Origin: Lama guanicoe
Taxonomy: Eukaryota
NCBI GenBank assembly: GCA_013239625.1
Contig: MU053629.1
Span: forward strand, 1,081,567-1,145,566
DNA: 64,000 bases
Reading direction: 5' to 3'
Shown: piece by piece, positions 26,580-39,035 of the stretch
How positions within the stretch are numbered: position 1 is the stretch's first letter
Layout of the letters: every line of letters begins with the position of its first letter
The notes under the pieces: generated by a model
The model's database searches: none
The model's input: the letters and a program-made list of their open reading frames with translations, nothing else
Told to the model about the DNA's origin: nothing
Translations under genes and position numbers: made by a program

Positions 26580-26728
26580 ACTATGTTCAATATCTTGTAG
26601 TAACCTTTAATGAAAAAGAATATGAAAACAAATATATGTATGTGTATGCATGACTGGGACATTGTGCTGTACACCAGAAATTGACACGTTGTAACTGACT
26701 GAACTTCAATTTAAAAAAAAAAAGAAAA
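26580..26728 (+). mobile_element. 5'-truncated LINE-1 3' end, same subfamily as the 16042 copy
   Basis: Close match to 16042-16133, poly(A), degraded TSD aagaagRttccYtgRag. Confidence 0.88.
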
Positions 26729-27279
26729 AAGAAGGTTCCTTGGAGGAAGAGTGCCCTGCAGAGAAGAAGAGAGAAATCCATTTGATTTATGCCTCCACCT
26801 TCTGTGAAGGTGGAGCTGGCAAGCAACCTTTTGGGGTGTTCTCAGTGTTAATTTGTAGAAATATTGTAGTAACATAGCCGTTGAAGGCTCTTCTCCCCCC
26901 AGATAATAACAGTTAATGTTTAAGTCACTTCGGAGGATACATAATTGACATGTTTTCTTGAAATGTCTTGGAAACCACTTTAAGGGCTTCTATAGAGAAT
27001 GCAAAAGAATAGAAAAGTTTGAAACAAAGCTGAGTCGCCAGGTGATGAGGATTTAGCAAATTGCAGCTGAGCTGTATCCGCTCACTGGTGCCTTCAGAAA
27101 GAGTAGCAGCCTGATCCTGATAAATGGCAGAGCGAGCTGCTGTTTCTCAGGGACTTTGTGGTTCTTTGTAGCTCAAATTGCCGAGTAAGTTTTGAGCTAC
27201 CATAGTGGGGATGTTAGGTGAGGGAGGGAGTGAAGTTTTGAGTGCCGGAACTGCAAATGACTTTCCCATGCTACTGGTT

Positions 27280-27470
27280 GAGTGCTGAACTTTGGCTCCT
27301 GGTTAGAATCACCTGGGGAACTTTTAAAGTAACTAGTGCACAGATCCCACCCTTGGCCAATTAAATCAGAATCTTAGAATCTGGCGAAGGAAGCAGGCCT
27401 AGTCATGAGTTTTGTTTGTCTTTTAAGTTTTCCACGTAATCCTAAAGTGTAGCCAAGGTTAAAAAACATT
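27280..27470. mobile_element. hAT-Charlie MITE (MER5-like)
   Basis: ttagaatcacctgggga...ttttaaa...ccaattaaatcagaatct. Confidence 0.75.
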
Positions 27471-28042
27471 TTGGCTATTTCAGCTCTAGCCAGTAAGATG
27501 CGGGGAATACTTATCAAAATGTTTGTAAAATGCTTGCTAACTGTATAAAATAAATATACAGGCTTTCTCATCCCTGCTCCCACATAGGTGGGATTTTTTT
27601 TTCTTTTTCCTTTTCTTAGCCAGTTGCAGATTCTAAAGAAACAGTTGGGAGGAAGTGGAGGTCTCACAGCCTTCTTTAGGGAAGGATGGGGGCACGAGGG
27701 TCGGGTCGGAAGCTTTGTTTATATGTATTTCAGGAAGTAGAAAATATGGCATGTTCTCAGTTTCCCTAAATTATATAACTTTGAAGGATGTGATCTATTT
27801 ATGTCAAAATAATGAGGCATATAATACGTTGCATTTAACATGGGTGGGAATTCGTTGCAGAGTAATTAGCATTCCTTTCTTCAGCCTGTATTCGGTGGAA
27901 ACATACCATTCACAACCTCTCTGTGTCCACATTTTCCAGTGCGTTGGAGAGCTTTTTTCAATAGAAATCTTTGTCCTTTTCCTAATAAGACTTGGATTAT
28001 ACTGAAAGAAAGTTAACATGTCTGTCTTTCTTTTCCTGGCAG

Positions 28043-28103
28043 GAATTGATTTTAAAATCAGAACGATAGAACTGGATGGAAAGAAAATTAAGCTTCAGAT
28101 ATG
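28043..28103 (+). CDS. RAB8B: RAB8B coding exon 2 (61 nt)
   Basis: Polypyrimidine tract + CAG acceptor, GTAAGT donor; encodes (G)[19 protein letters not shown](W), the Rab8 interswitch region. Confidence 0.97.
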
Positions 28104-30875
28104 GTAAGTAAAAATACACATATGCACACAATGTTTCTACTTTCATCAGGAATTGAAAGTGCGAGTTAAAATGTGAATTGTGATAAGATAGGGGTATCCT
28201 GTGGTGGCTAAAACACCTTTTCTTTATCAGAACCAAGGGGAAATGGGTAAGTATTCAGAGATCTCTCCACCGAGAGTGAGATGGTGAGGAAGATACACTA
28301 ACTCTGACAGCCAGGAGAGATCTGAGAACTCATTCTTCCAAAATGCTAGTTTTACTGGGGAGGAAACTCAACTCTAAAGCGTGTCAGTTACTTTTTCTTT
28401 GTAGTTGTTGCAGCTGTGAAATCAAGTAAGACAAAATAGTCGAGTGGTAGGAACCCCGAACAAAGGGCAGATCCAGGTTCCGGTCTCTGACTTGAGGACT
28501 TGGGGCCCCTTGCTTCCCTTCTTAGGGCCTACTTGTCCTCGTTTGTAAATGGATTGGTCAGACTGATGACATCTGAGTTCCCTTCCGGCTCTGATGTTTT
28601 ATCATTTATTTGCATATTTCCTCTCCTTAAATAAAAAAATGAGAAGCACCGCCCTGGGGAATAAGGGAGGAGAACGTCCTGCCTCTCTTCTCTCACCTTG
28701 TAATACGCACGGCAAAGCTCTCCTCATGATCACCCAACTCTGACTGGTTAGTTTCTGAAGAATCTGTCAAACTGCAGTGAGTAAATACGGTTCCTCCAGA
28801 TTGCCTGGCTGAATATTTTTGGCTTGAACTCAAACTCTTCTTGTTTTTTTTTAAGCCTGATTAAATTTCTTTCAGTATAAGGTCTTCCATGGAGCCACAC
28901 AAATGTGGAGTCTTGAGGAAAGTTTTTGATGATGGTTTTGATTACTGATCTAATGTGTGACCATGACAGCAGGAAACAAAGCTTAGAAATTTAGAGCATC
29001 ATAGACTAAGAAGGAAACAGGGCAAAATAGTAAAGTCATAAGATACATTCCAGCTTGTTCCTGAGGCTGTTTTTCTCCTTTGAATTTCAGAACCAGGATA
29101 GAACTAGACCATCGTATTGAAATCCACCAGCCCTCCTTCTGTAGAGGTGGAAGCTGGACTTAAAGTGGTTAAGTCCATCTGAGAGCGTATGTCTGGGTTA
29201 GTGATGGAGCGTTGAGTCGGCTTCATGGATTAGCCTCATGTAGAGGTTCCCATATGCTGCAAGGGAAAACTCTGTGAAGGTCACTGCACACTGCCCTTTG
29301 CATCTGTTGGTATTTTGTAAGAAGTCAAGTACTTTAAAGATAAAAAGAAAATTTTATTAAGGGGGAAGCAAAGAGAATCTCTGACTCTGTGCTGTACAGC
29401 CCTGATCATAGCAGTGAGGAGAGTTTCTCTGTGGGTGACCAGCTAATTAGAATGCCATAGCACAATTTATCAGCACTCTCAGTAGCAAAATAGTCTCTGT
29501 TCAGTCTTCATGGCCTACATTTAGGAGATTTCTCCTCCATCCTCTTTGCAGAGCTGGTTCTAAATCATAGAGGGTGTTAGAACGAGAATACAGTTAGTCT
29601 GCTCAAAGGTGCTGGCTTCTGCTTTCCTGAGGATTTGTTGCTGAGTACCAAACGAGTGCCTGTGTTTCTAATCCTGATCAGTGAGAGGATGGCAGGATAA
29701 GATGACGGTAGTGTGCGGCCTGGCCCTGCACTGAACTGCTGAGACCGAGGATCCCTGAGTCTCATTCAAGGGTGTAAGCTGTTTAGGGGCAGAGCTGGTA
29801 CCCCAGCCCCCTCCACCCCCTGAGTCTATTTCCTCTTCTGCAGAACAAGGATGACAGTAATAGCACCCCAGTGTGGTGGGCATCATGTGAGCACCATGTG
29901 AAAGTATCTTGTAAGGTGTACATAAATGTTAAGGTATTTATTAATGTTTTTAATTTACTATATTTCCCTTGGGCCTTCATCTCATTTGGGTTTGGTATAC
30001 ATTAGGTTTCTAGTATATTTCCACAAATGCCTCTTTTTTTAGAAGCAATCAAATCATACAGTTTAGTTTTGTCTTAGCAACATAGAGATGAAATTAGTTC
30101 TTGTGATACATGGCAAAGGTAGGAATATTGATTTTCCCAGATACCAAGGAAATGTGACTTCCTTTATAGGGATGGCTTTGGTAAATGTAGTTTGAAATGT
30201 TTGCCTTTTTCACAATGGATTTTAGTGATAGGCCATCAACTAAAGGGCAAGAATGGATGCATGTTTATGTAATTTGGGGGTGTTGTTCATATTTTGAAGT
30301 CTTTGGAAACGTTATCAATGACTGTATGTTGACCTCCAGGTCCTCATTTAATCACGGGCCCTGTAGCTGGGAAAGCCCTTGAGGAGATCCATTCTAGTGC
30401 GCTCGGCTGAGCAGAATTTACAAAGTAGTAAGTCCAGCCTGACTGCTTGCTTTGTACAGAAATCAGACTTTCAGTCAAGAGAGCAAAATGCCTCAATCGT
30501 CAGGCATTTGTCAAAAGGAGCAGAGCTACCTCTAGGAGTCCAGAATTTAGAACCATTCCCTGTTCTCTCCCACGTGTGCTTGACGTATGTAACACGCCAG
30601 CTCCTAGCAGAGCTGTGCAGTTTCCCGTTGCTGCTTTTATCATCAAGATCCAAGTTTTTCACCCAAGCCATTGTGCGCTCCTGACAGGCTCCCGCGGCCA
30701 CGCCGCCCCCGGCTCACAGACGCACAACAGGCTCCCTTTGTGTCTCGCTCCCCTTCGTCCTGAAGCCGCTGCATCTGAGAGCAGATCACACTCATGTCTC
30801 CCACAGCTCAGAGCCTCTCCTCAGTGCTACTGGGGATGACTTTTAAAACCACTCTTCCTTTGTTTCAAATTTTAG

Positions 30876-30936
30876 GGACACAGCGGGTCAGGAGAGATTT
30901 CGAACCATCACAACAGCCTACTACAGAGGAGCCATG
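30876..30936 (+). CDS. RAB8B: RAB8B coding exon 3 (61 nt)
   Basis: TAG acceptor, GTGAGT donor; (W)[20 protein letters not shown] contains the G3 DxxG motif and switch II, including T72. Confidence 0.98.
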
Positions 30937-33304
30937 GTGAGTGTGTGCTAGGGTTTTGTGAAAGTAAAACATGAATATTCAGTCGTCAAGGTTGTAGGAT
31001 TCAAGCTGGAGTCTAGTACATTGGAGAAAATAGACCCCTTTTTTGATGTGGAAACAAAACATTTAAAGGGATTTTTATGTTTTGTGTTTAGCAGCTGGAT
31101 ACTTCCTGATATTAATCATGGAATTAGCCTGTAGGTGTTTGAGATCTCTGATCTAAACACTGGGAGTGGTCGTGCAGTTCTGTGCCCTTCCCTTTTATTA
31201 ACACCTTTGCCAGATCTTAGCAAGCCACGATCTCTGTGACTGAATGTTTGTTTCTTGCACCCTCTCCCCATTCAGCCTGCCACCCCCATCCCTTGTCCCT
31301 CGCCAGGTCCACAGCATCCACTCCTCTTGGCCCCTCTCTCTGGAGTCTCTGCCACGGCATTCTGCCAGCTGGCCAGGAAGTGGCCGAATGATCTACGACT
31401 CTTAGAGGCTTAGGGTCTGGTGAATCTTGGCTATTGGGCCTTCTTTGCTACATCCTAGCCTTATTTTTGTTATCATAACCTCATCGCTTGGCTGTGTTCC
31501 ATCCTAAGATGCTTCATGTCTACAACCCAGTTACACTGCTTGTTGGCTCGGGCAGATGCTGTGTGGTGGTGCAAGCAGAGTGGTGAGTAAGGCAGCTTAG
31601 AAGCTGAGCCCCGCTGAACCAAGCCTAGAAGGTCAGGCCCAGGACGGGGCTTTATCTCTGGTTTTTAGGCCTAAGCCAAGTATAACTTGGAGCTTTGAAT
31701 TACGATGAAACCCCATATGCTCAGAGAGTCTTGGAAAGTTGAACAGTTGAGATCTTGTACCCACCCTGGTGGACTGTGGGGTACCGGCTGCCATCACACC
31801 CAGCTCATTGCTTGAAAGACTGTTGTGGTCCTGAGGGTGGAGTGGGGGTGACAGAGCTGTCCCTTTGCCTTGGGGACTGTGAAATCTGAATCCACACATC
31901 CCTTCCTTGTCATGCCACTCTCCTTTCCTCCTCCACTGCCACACACCGCCATTATTTGAGTGCCAGTAACTCATCCCCCCACAAAGGTTGGGGATTCCTT
32001 TTTAGAGCTCTGTCACCTTGGCACTGTATACCGCTAAGCATCTTATATATGTGTGTGTGTTCTCCACTCTCCACCCTGTAATATGTTTAAGATTGTGAAA
32101 GATCATCGTTTTAAGAAGGATGGTTGTCAGCTACTCTCTGTTGTGCTCAGATTGGAATCAAAGGAAAGGGACTTCACTTGTGTGCCTGGAAGAAGTTTGT
32201 TTGTTCGTTGTTTGTTTCCCCCAGAAAGGACTGATAAATAAGCACATCTTAACAGGGATGGTTTGTAATAGTTTACAGGTCATTTTGATTAGAGGCGTCT
32301 TACAAACCTTTACACTGACCGCTTTTTCATTTTGTAGGGGAGATGTATCGATACCACTTGCAAGCCTGTTTTCACTAGAGAGTGGGCAAGAACACTTAGA
32401 AGGTGGAGCAAAAGTTTCCCTCGGCTGTTTAGCTCCAGTTCATGGTGTAAGGAAAGAGGTCCCTGAAGTGTGTTCTCTAATTTAGATCTGAGGATTGTCT
32501 GTCTTCTTCATTTGTCTGCTGCCTCGCCTTTTTTCACATCACTTTAACAGCTAGAAGCTGTTGCCAGTCTTCCCCATTTTGAAGGTAGGGGCTTTTGTTT
32601 CTTCTTCTGTGATGCCAGAGCCTTACACATAGTAGATGCTCAGCGAACACTTGCTGAAGGGATGAGTCACTGGAAAAGTTCAGACCTAGAAACAGCCTTA
32701 AATACATCTTCGGGGAATCCTGCTCTACTTGAGTCTTGGGTCCCACATGTCGTCTGTTCCAGTGGGATGTGCGGCCATCATGGTCTCACTGGGACGAGTT
32801 CTCGTCTCAGCAGGTGGTGGTCCTGGCAGCTTCAGTTTGGTTGGCTCACATCGACAGCACTTCGGTAAGCACTGTACTGGGTCTGCCACCGTGACAGAGT
32901 CCTTTGGTCTATTTTAAACCATTCAGCGACATCCTTGGGCATACCAGTTACCCTGATGAACAATCAGCCTTCGGGGGGAGAAGGGACCATATCATTGCGT
33001 TATCAACATTTCTCCTAGACCAGTGCTGCCTTGTGAACCATAAGGAGGCTGTGGTTGTTATAGGTGTGGATACTAGATACAAAAAGTTCTTAACTGTGAC
33101 ACTTGATTTGTATTTCAGATGGATTCATAATATCAGTTAGCTTACAAACATAGGAAACAGTCGACGGTTTTCTGCTGCTAAAACCAAAGATATAAATTCA
33201 TAATAGCTGCCAATTATTGAGTCCAAACTGTGTCCTGAGTTCTGGGTTAAGTACTTTGCAAACAGTTCAGTAGATCCTGAAAACTCCAGTGTGGAAGATG
33301 TGTG

Positions 33305-33438
33305 GTCCTCATTTTCCAAATGAGGGAATGCAGACTGAGAGGGGTGAAATAACGTCTCCAGGATCTCCCAGCTGGCTTGTGATGGAGCCCAGGCTCGATG
33401 CCTCTGACTCCGGAGTCTGTGCCCTTGACCGCTACACT
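33305..33438 (-). mobile_element. MIR SINE
   Basis: cctcattttccaaatgagg...actgagaggggtgaaataac...tctgactcc. Confidence 0.7.
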
Positions 33439-34029
33439 GTGTTCACACTTCCCGTGCTAACCGCCCAGAGTGCTACTTGAGAGACAGACAGCAGCAGAGA
33501 TCAAGATTGTCCACACAGCCCAAACGGTAGTCGAGCGAAGGCAGTTTGTTGGTTAATTTTAATGTTGTAGGCAGCTAAACACTTTGAATCAGAAATTGTT
33601 CAGGTTGCATTTTGAGGTTTCTTTTCATTGTGGTAAAATATATGGAACACAACATGTGCCATTTAAATGTATAGTTCTCCACTTTCATTTTGTTTTTTAG
33701 TTACCTTCATAATTGTAAAAATCTTCTTTACAGTGTAGCCAAAGTTAAACATCTGCATTTGAGGCTAGGAGGAGGGAGACAGAGAAGAATACTGTTTGTC
33801 ACTTAAATTTGAATAAGAACATATATTTTTCTGGGTGTCAGAAGGTTACCTGTAGTATAGAAAGCTTTGAGAAATACCACGAAATCACCCAAAATCCCAC
33901 CACTGTAAGAGTTGGCTTCTGTTAACGTTCTGCTATGCTTCTTGGATTCTTTTATCTGTGTGTACATGTGTGTTTTATATGATTTATGTTTATGTACATT
34001 TATAGTTTATATTTATTTACAAAGTTGGA

Positions 34030-34505
34030 AGCAAGACCCTGAAGGACTTTGCCTACCATTTAAGGAATTTTCATTGAATTATAAGTACCATGGAGAGATA
34101 CTAAAGGGTTTTAAGCAATGAGGAGGTAACTCTGCGCCCTTAAGGATAGTGGATTAGAGAGGTGGAGGTTAAGACTGAAAGCAGGGAGACCCGTTAAAGA
34201 CTGTGACAGGAATCCAGGTAAAGGCTAATTGATGAGCTGTGAATAAGACCATGCAGGGGGGGTAGCGGGTTAAGGGGTATCAGACTGTGGAAATGTTGAG
34301 GTGGTTGGGTCTGTGGGACTTGGTGACTGACTGGCGGTGGTGGAGGTGACTCTCAGCGGTCTGCTTGAGCTGGCTGGCAGGGCTGCATTGCCTTTCCTCA
34401 ACAAGGAGGAAGAGAGGATTCGGAAGGGACGAAGACATCCTCGGATTTCACTTAGTTGAGTTTTCGGTGACCACAGGAGACGTCGGGGAGGCGATGTCCA
34501 GGCAG
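34030..34505 (-). mobile_element. LINE-2 remnant
   Basis: aagggttttaagca...gactgaaagcagggagacc...aatccaggt purine-rich antisense L2 pattern. Confidence 0.6.
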
Positions 34506-34699
34506 TGGTCTCCAAGGCGCATCTGACCCGGCTAGCTCTTCGGCCTCACCTGGTGCCCCTCTCCAGTTGGATCTGGGGACTCTTGCCAAGCTGACGTGCT
34601 TTGACTCAATCTAGTGGGTTCTGGGCCTTCCTGGTTAGCAAGACATTTATCCCATTTCTGCTGTGTCCCAGGTACTAAGGGCTTCGCTTCTTCATCCCA

Positions 34700-34998
34700 G
34701 CCCCTACCCCCTTGCCCATTTCATTTGCTCAGTCCTCAGGCCTTGGCTTTAATGTCATTTTCTCTGGGAACCCTTCCCTGATCACCCAGCCCCTCAGCCG
34801 GATCAGGTTACTATCTTTACTCAGAGCTCCTTGTGCGTCTTCATTGCAGTCATCAAAATTATAATTAATTGTATTACTATTGATTCATTGTTTTCTTTGC
34901 TAGCTATCCGTGAGAGGAAGGGGCCTTGTCTATCTTACTGCTGGTCGCATTTAGTGTCAGGCACATAGGTGCTCACTAAATATTTGTTGCATGAATGG
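34700..34998 (+). mobile_element. LINE-2 3' end
   Basis: Ends ggcacataggtgctcactaaatatttgttgcatgaatg. Confidence 0.7.
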
Positions 34999-35684
34999 AC
35001 ACATGGGTGGATCTCGCACTTAATACAGAAGTATGGCCTCGTGGTATAGATTTTACAATAGGTAGCCTACAGGTGTCAGTTGAAACATTTAGAAGATAAA
35101 CCATTTACAAAGATCAGACATGAAGTCTTTTAAAATATGATGACGATGCCTTTCATTAAACCTGTATAACAAATGCATTATATTTTGAATGTCTGTGATT
35201 TACTTAGATAGTAACATTTTGATCAATCCGTATAAAAAATAATTTTAAAGTAGTATGGTTATAATCTTAGTATAAGAAGCAAGATAATTTCTACTTAGAA
35301 CAAACAAGTGCACCACAGAAGTGATAACCTCTTACTCTCATTGTTATCTCTGTTTTGCTTAAACACCCTTCCAACTTCAGTTGGTGCCAAGTCTGATCAT
35401 ATGAGGTCAGGTAGAAGGGTGTATCACATTTACCATAATCACTAATTCATTAAAGGTTAACAGTGAAAATGTTAACAGCGTATTTGTTTACATGGTGAGA
35501 CAGTGGAAGATTTTATTTATGTATTTTCGTTCCTCTGTACTTTAAAAAAATTTTTTAGATTCCTTTCATAAAGACAAAAAAGAGGACCAGCAAAGGGTTT
35601 CTGGAGGAGAGGAGTACATTGACCTTATATTCTATAGCTTTAAATACATGTAGTACTAAACAAAGATCTTTTTTCCTCTTCTAG

Positions 35685-35762
35685 GGAATTCTGCTGGTGT
35701 ATGACATCACAAACGAAAAGTCCTTTGACAATATTAAAAACTGGATCAGAAACATTGAAGAG
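35685..35762 (+). CDS. RAB8B: RAB8B coding exon 4 (78 nt)
   Basis: TAG acceptor, GTGCGT donor; [26 protein letters not shown]. Confidence 0.97.
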
Positions 35763-36760
35763 GTGCGTATGGAAGGAGAATGGACGCTAGAGGAGGGCCC
35801 TGCTGGGTGATGGCGAAGGGCTCCTCCTGTCTCCCCAGCGCGCAGCAGAGCTGCCGGGAAGCAGGGCAGCGCTGGCCTTCGCTCTGCGCGGCGCCACGGA
35901 GGGCAGCGTCTCCGGTGGCGTCTCCGGTGCCGGTGCCGCCGGTCCGCCTGCTCTGCTGGGCGGGCGGGGCGGGGGGATGCAGACAGAGGAGCAGTTTCAC
36001 AGAATTTTAAACTCGGCCCCCATCTTGAAAATAATTTAATCCAAGTCCCCATTTTACACATAAGAAGACAGAGGCCAGAAAGAAGTGACTTGCATGTGCT
36101 CTTAGAGCCTTTAAAAAGGAGAACCAGGATTAAAACATCTGGTTCCCGATGCTGTCTGTCCCTCCATGCTGTTTGACTGGCAAAAATATATCTTTATCCC
36201 AGCAACTTACCATTTTGCCCCCCCCCAACAGTTTCTTCATCTTAGATATTGAAAATTTGACCTAGTTCCAGATTGATTGGTATTAAGATTTTTTAACGTG
36301 TTTGATATTTCCGAAAGAAATCTGACTCTGAAATAATTTCATACGCGTTTCGGTTAACCTGCATGAATTTATTGTTTACGTAGTTCAGAATCCGAAATGC
36401 CTTCCTCACTGGCTCACTCGGTACTGAGGTTTTTTTCCCTTCTTTGACCCAAACTCATATTTGGAAGTCTTGTTGTTAGATAACTAGAAGTTTTGTTTCT
36501 GTTTGTTCATGTGCAAAAAAGGACATGAGATGACTTTAAGCCTTTGGGGAGAAAAGGCTTTGCACAGACTCTTATGCTGTAGTTTTCCCCCTCCTCCTAT
36601 CTGTTAATTTTTTTTCTCTGAATCAGGACTTGTGTTGAGTGAAAGATTATTTGTCTTATTATTAAATTTATGGGTATGTTTCTGACAGGTTAGGATCTGT
36701 CTATTGAGCAACTGTGTTTTTCTCAGGCTGTTTTTATAACACACTGTTTTCTCCCGGCAG

Positions 36761-36850
36761 CACGCCTCTTCAGATGTGGAAAGAATGATCCTGGGTAACA
36801 AATGTGATATGAATGACAAAAGACAAGTGTCAAAAGAAAGAGGGGAGAAG
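36761..36850 (+). CDS. RAB8B: RAB8B coding exon 5 (90 nt)
   Basis: CAG acceptor, GTAAGT donor; [30 protein letters not shown] contains G4 NKxD. Confidence 0.98.
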
Positions 36851-38066
36851 GTAAGTGGAACTGAATGCGGAAAGATTGGAATCTACTCATGCTAAACATT
36901 TAATTATTGATTTAAGTCTGAAAAATTTGTATATTTTAATCTGTTAAAAACAACAACAAAAAGATGTAATCCATACTTGAACGGTATGAATTAGTATTCG
37001 AGATCTAGCTCCATATACTGTGTAGTCATGACTCATTCCAAAAGAATTTGCTGTTTTCTGGGAGATAGAAGTTGGTCCTTTTTCAGACTCCTGCAGCTTA
37101 GCGTTCAGGCTATTTCTTCACTATCTATGTGAAAATGCCCAGTTTTGAAGTTAAAATAATTCATTCTCTTTGAAAAAAATAAGAGGAGAGGTGAAGTTTC
37201 AACAGTAATCATTTTCCAATTCATTATTTTTTTTCTAAGAATATTTTACTACACATTAGATTTAAGCCATTATGGATAAACTCTCTGTAAACTTATCACA
37301 CTGTGGTTATCATTTAAAGGTCATTTATAGGCATTTCTCTATTTTGTGCCCTGCAAGACAAGAGTTTGTTATATGTACATATTCATTTCTATGACATTTT
37401 CCAAATTGACTTATAGGCTTCAGTTTCTAAGTCTTGGAATTTTGCTTTAGCCTTTTTTTAGTGATACATGCAAAATGCATTTTGCTTTTCAATCTGACTG
37501 CAAACATTTTTCCTCTAAAAACAGTCCCTTAATCTTGGTGTTGTAAATGAAGTGGAAACTCTTTGGGGGTATTGGAAATGTGCGGGAGTTCACAATTTGC
37601 CACACTCAACAGAAACCCAAGAAATGAGTAGTCAGTATTTTAAGCTTTTGTTCTGTAATGCACCAATTTATTTTAAAAAAATATGAAAAGTTGTATGATA
37701 ATAACTGTTGGAGGCTTATAATTTGGGAGCAGATGAAAGGGGCAAATGAATCTCAAATTAAGGGTAGAGGTACGCTTCTCAGTTTTTATAGTAAGTGTAT
37801 TAGAAAACTGAAAGTGTAATAGAAAAAAGAGAAGTACTTCAATTGTGTTTTCAGTGGAAGTGGTGCCATTTTATTTAACACTGAACAAAAAGGAAAAAAT
37901 AAATAAATAAAAAGAAAAAATACTTTTGATGATGAAGTTAGATACCTAAATTTCAAACACAATAGAATAAAGCAAAGAAATTTGAGAACCACAGGAGTTC
38001 TGAACTAAGTACTCTCTATGTTTAAAAAACTTGCACTGAATTTAAATGTTTCTGTTTGTCTTTCAG

Positions 38067-38132
38067 TTAGCAATTGACTATGGGATTAAATTCTTGGAGA
38101 CAAGTGCAAAATCCAGTACGAATGTAGAAGAG
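38067..38132 (+). CDS. RAB8B: RAB8B coding exon 6 (66 nt)
   Basis: CAG acceptor, GTAAGA donor; LAIDYGIKFLETSAKSSTNVEE contains G5 SAK; LAIDYG is Rab8B-type. Confidence 0.97.
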
Positions 38133-38911
38133 GTAAGAAAGGATGCTTGGTGGTTTGTTATGTAGTAGCAGTAGTGTCTTAAGGGCCCATGTTCAAGCAA
38201 GTCTCCCAGCCTTGCCATTTTCTGACTTAGGGAATGTCTTGTGGGAACCCCACTTCCGTTTGTAAACTGTTGCGCTTCTGACTTTCAGGCGGACCCTGGT
38301 TGTTGAATTTCAGCACCCATCCTCCACATGGGCTGTATTAGATTGCTCAGTTAAGAGTCACTGAACGGAAGATGGAAGTTCAGTTTAAGTTCAGCTTTGC
38401 CCTTTGTGTGGGAAGCTGGAAATCCTGCTCTAGCCGACCGAGCACAGTGTTGTCTGCTCATTTATCATCGCTCGTGTCATCCTGTAGTAGCCGGGAGCCG
38501 GGAGCCTTAATTACGTTCATGTCTGCACTCTCTCAAGAGAGAGTTAAACTGTTAGCTTATTGAGCAGATTCCCTTAGTGTACATATTTGAAGTTGATTAA
38601 GCCTGATACATTTTAACACAATGCATTAAGCAGAAATAAGAAAGCGTGTTTATCAGAGAGCAGTTTTAATAAATTTTCATTAAGTTAACTGTTAAAACCA
38701 AATTATCTAAAGTATTCGAAGAACAGATTTTCTTTACCAAGGGCAGAGTTGTTAATATTTTCTTTTTAAAAAACATTTTTTAAGCTGACCATAAAAATAA
38801 TACATGTACTATGTGTTAATACAGGTAATTAACAATAATATTGATAGTTTCATAAACATTTAGTTTCTTAGGCTATTCACTGTTCACCCAGACATCACGG
38901 TTAAAAATTGA

Positions 38912-39035
38912 GGGGGAGGGTATAGCTCTGTGGTAGAGTGAATGCCTAGCATGGACAGGGTCCTGGGTTCAAGCCCCAGTACCTCCATTAAAAATAAAGA
39001 CCTAATTTCTTTCCCCCCCAAAATAATTTTTTTTT
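38912..39035 (+). mobile_element. tRNA-Ala-derived SINE (Vic-1-like) in RAB8B intron 6
   Basis: GGGGAGGGTATAGCTCTGTGGTAGAG...GGTTCAAGCCCCAGTACCTCC; aattgag on both flanks. Confidence 0.9.

Noticed and set aside
27168..27200. 10-bp stem hairpin GTAGCTCAAA/TTTGAGCTAC
   Set aside because: Roughly chance expectation for a window of this size
1..28042. RAB8B exon 1 (MAKTYDYLFK...) or a nested gene in this interval
   Set aside because: No P-loop-encoding exon or promoter-scale CpG island was seen; treated as intron 1, although small ncRNAs could be missed by eye
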